Shown here in pieces: positions 63,993 to 64,000 of a stretch of 64,000 bases of DNA. Location of the stretch: IMG/VR virus record IMGVR_UViG_3300030330_005745, positions 1 to 64,000 of that record. The stretch is one strand, 5' to 3'. The notes under the pieces were generated by a model. The model saw only the letters and a list, made by a program, of their open reading frames with translations. It did no database searches and had not been told where the DNA came from. Position numbers and translations under genes: made by a program. Positions within the stretch are counted from its first letter, which is position 1. Every line of letters starts with the position of its first letter. Source of the DNA: a virus (taxonomy: Duplodnaviria; Caudoviricetes).

Positions 63993-64000
63993 GCATGGCT

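Noticed and set aside
1-64000. Photosystem AMGs (psbA, psbD, hli) and host chromosomal flanks
   Set aside because: No matching ORFs were seen; all recognisable genes fit a phage genome.

Overview
The whole window is phage DNA: a large part of a lytic marine cyanophage genome (likely Synechococcus host, inferred from an NblA-like gene, a glutamine-II riboswitch with DUF4278 peptide and many cyanophage-type small genes). I saw no host genes, integrase, CRISPR or reverse transcriptase. Layout: tail fibres and a cluster of membrane/exported proteins (1-7.8 kb); a mostly minus-strand replication, metabolic and early arm (7.9-43.5 kb) with primase-helicase, exonuclease, PolA, SSBs, SpeD, Dps, ThyX, tRNA-Leu and a GDP-sugar module; then a plus-strand virion arm (44-64 kb) with putative internal proteins, terminase, portal, scaffold, major capsid and head/tail genes. 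From memory the architecture resembles S-EIV1-like cyanophages (unverified). Best leads: (1) three families of repeated intergenic structured-RNA leaders, two showing covariation (five H-type pseudoknots, three CAU/WGUAAGU internal-loop hairpins, one duplicated UUCG hairpin); (2) a Gmd + ColD-like 3,6-dideoxyhexose pathway with three glycosyltransferases; (3) an unannotated NblA-like gene; (4) a ~185-bp nested palindrome that may be the replication origin. All family assignments come from motif recognition by eye, not database searches.
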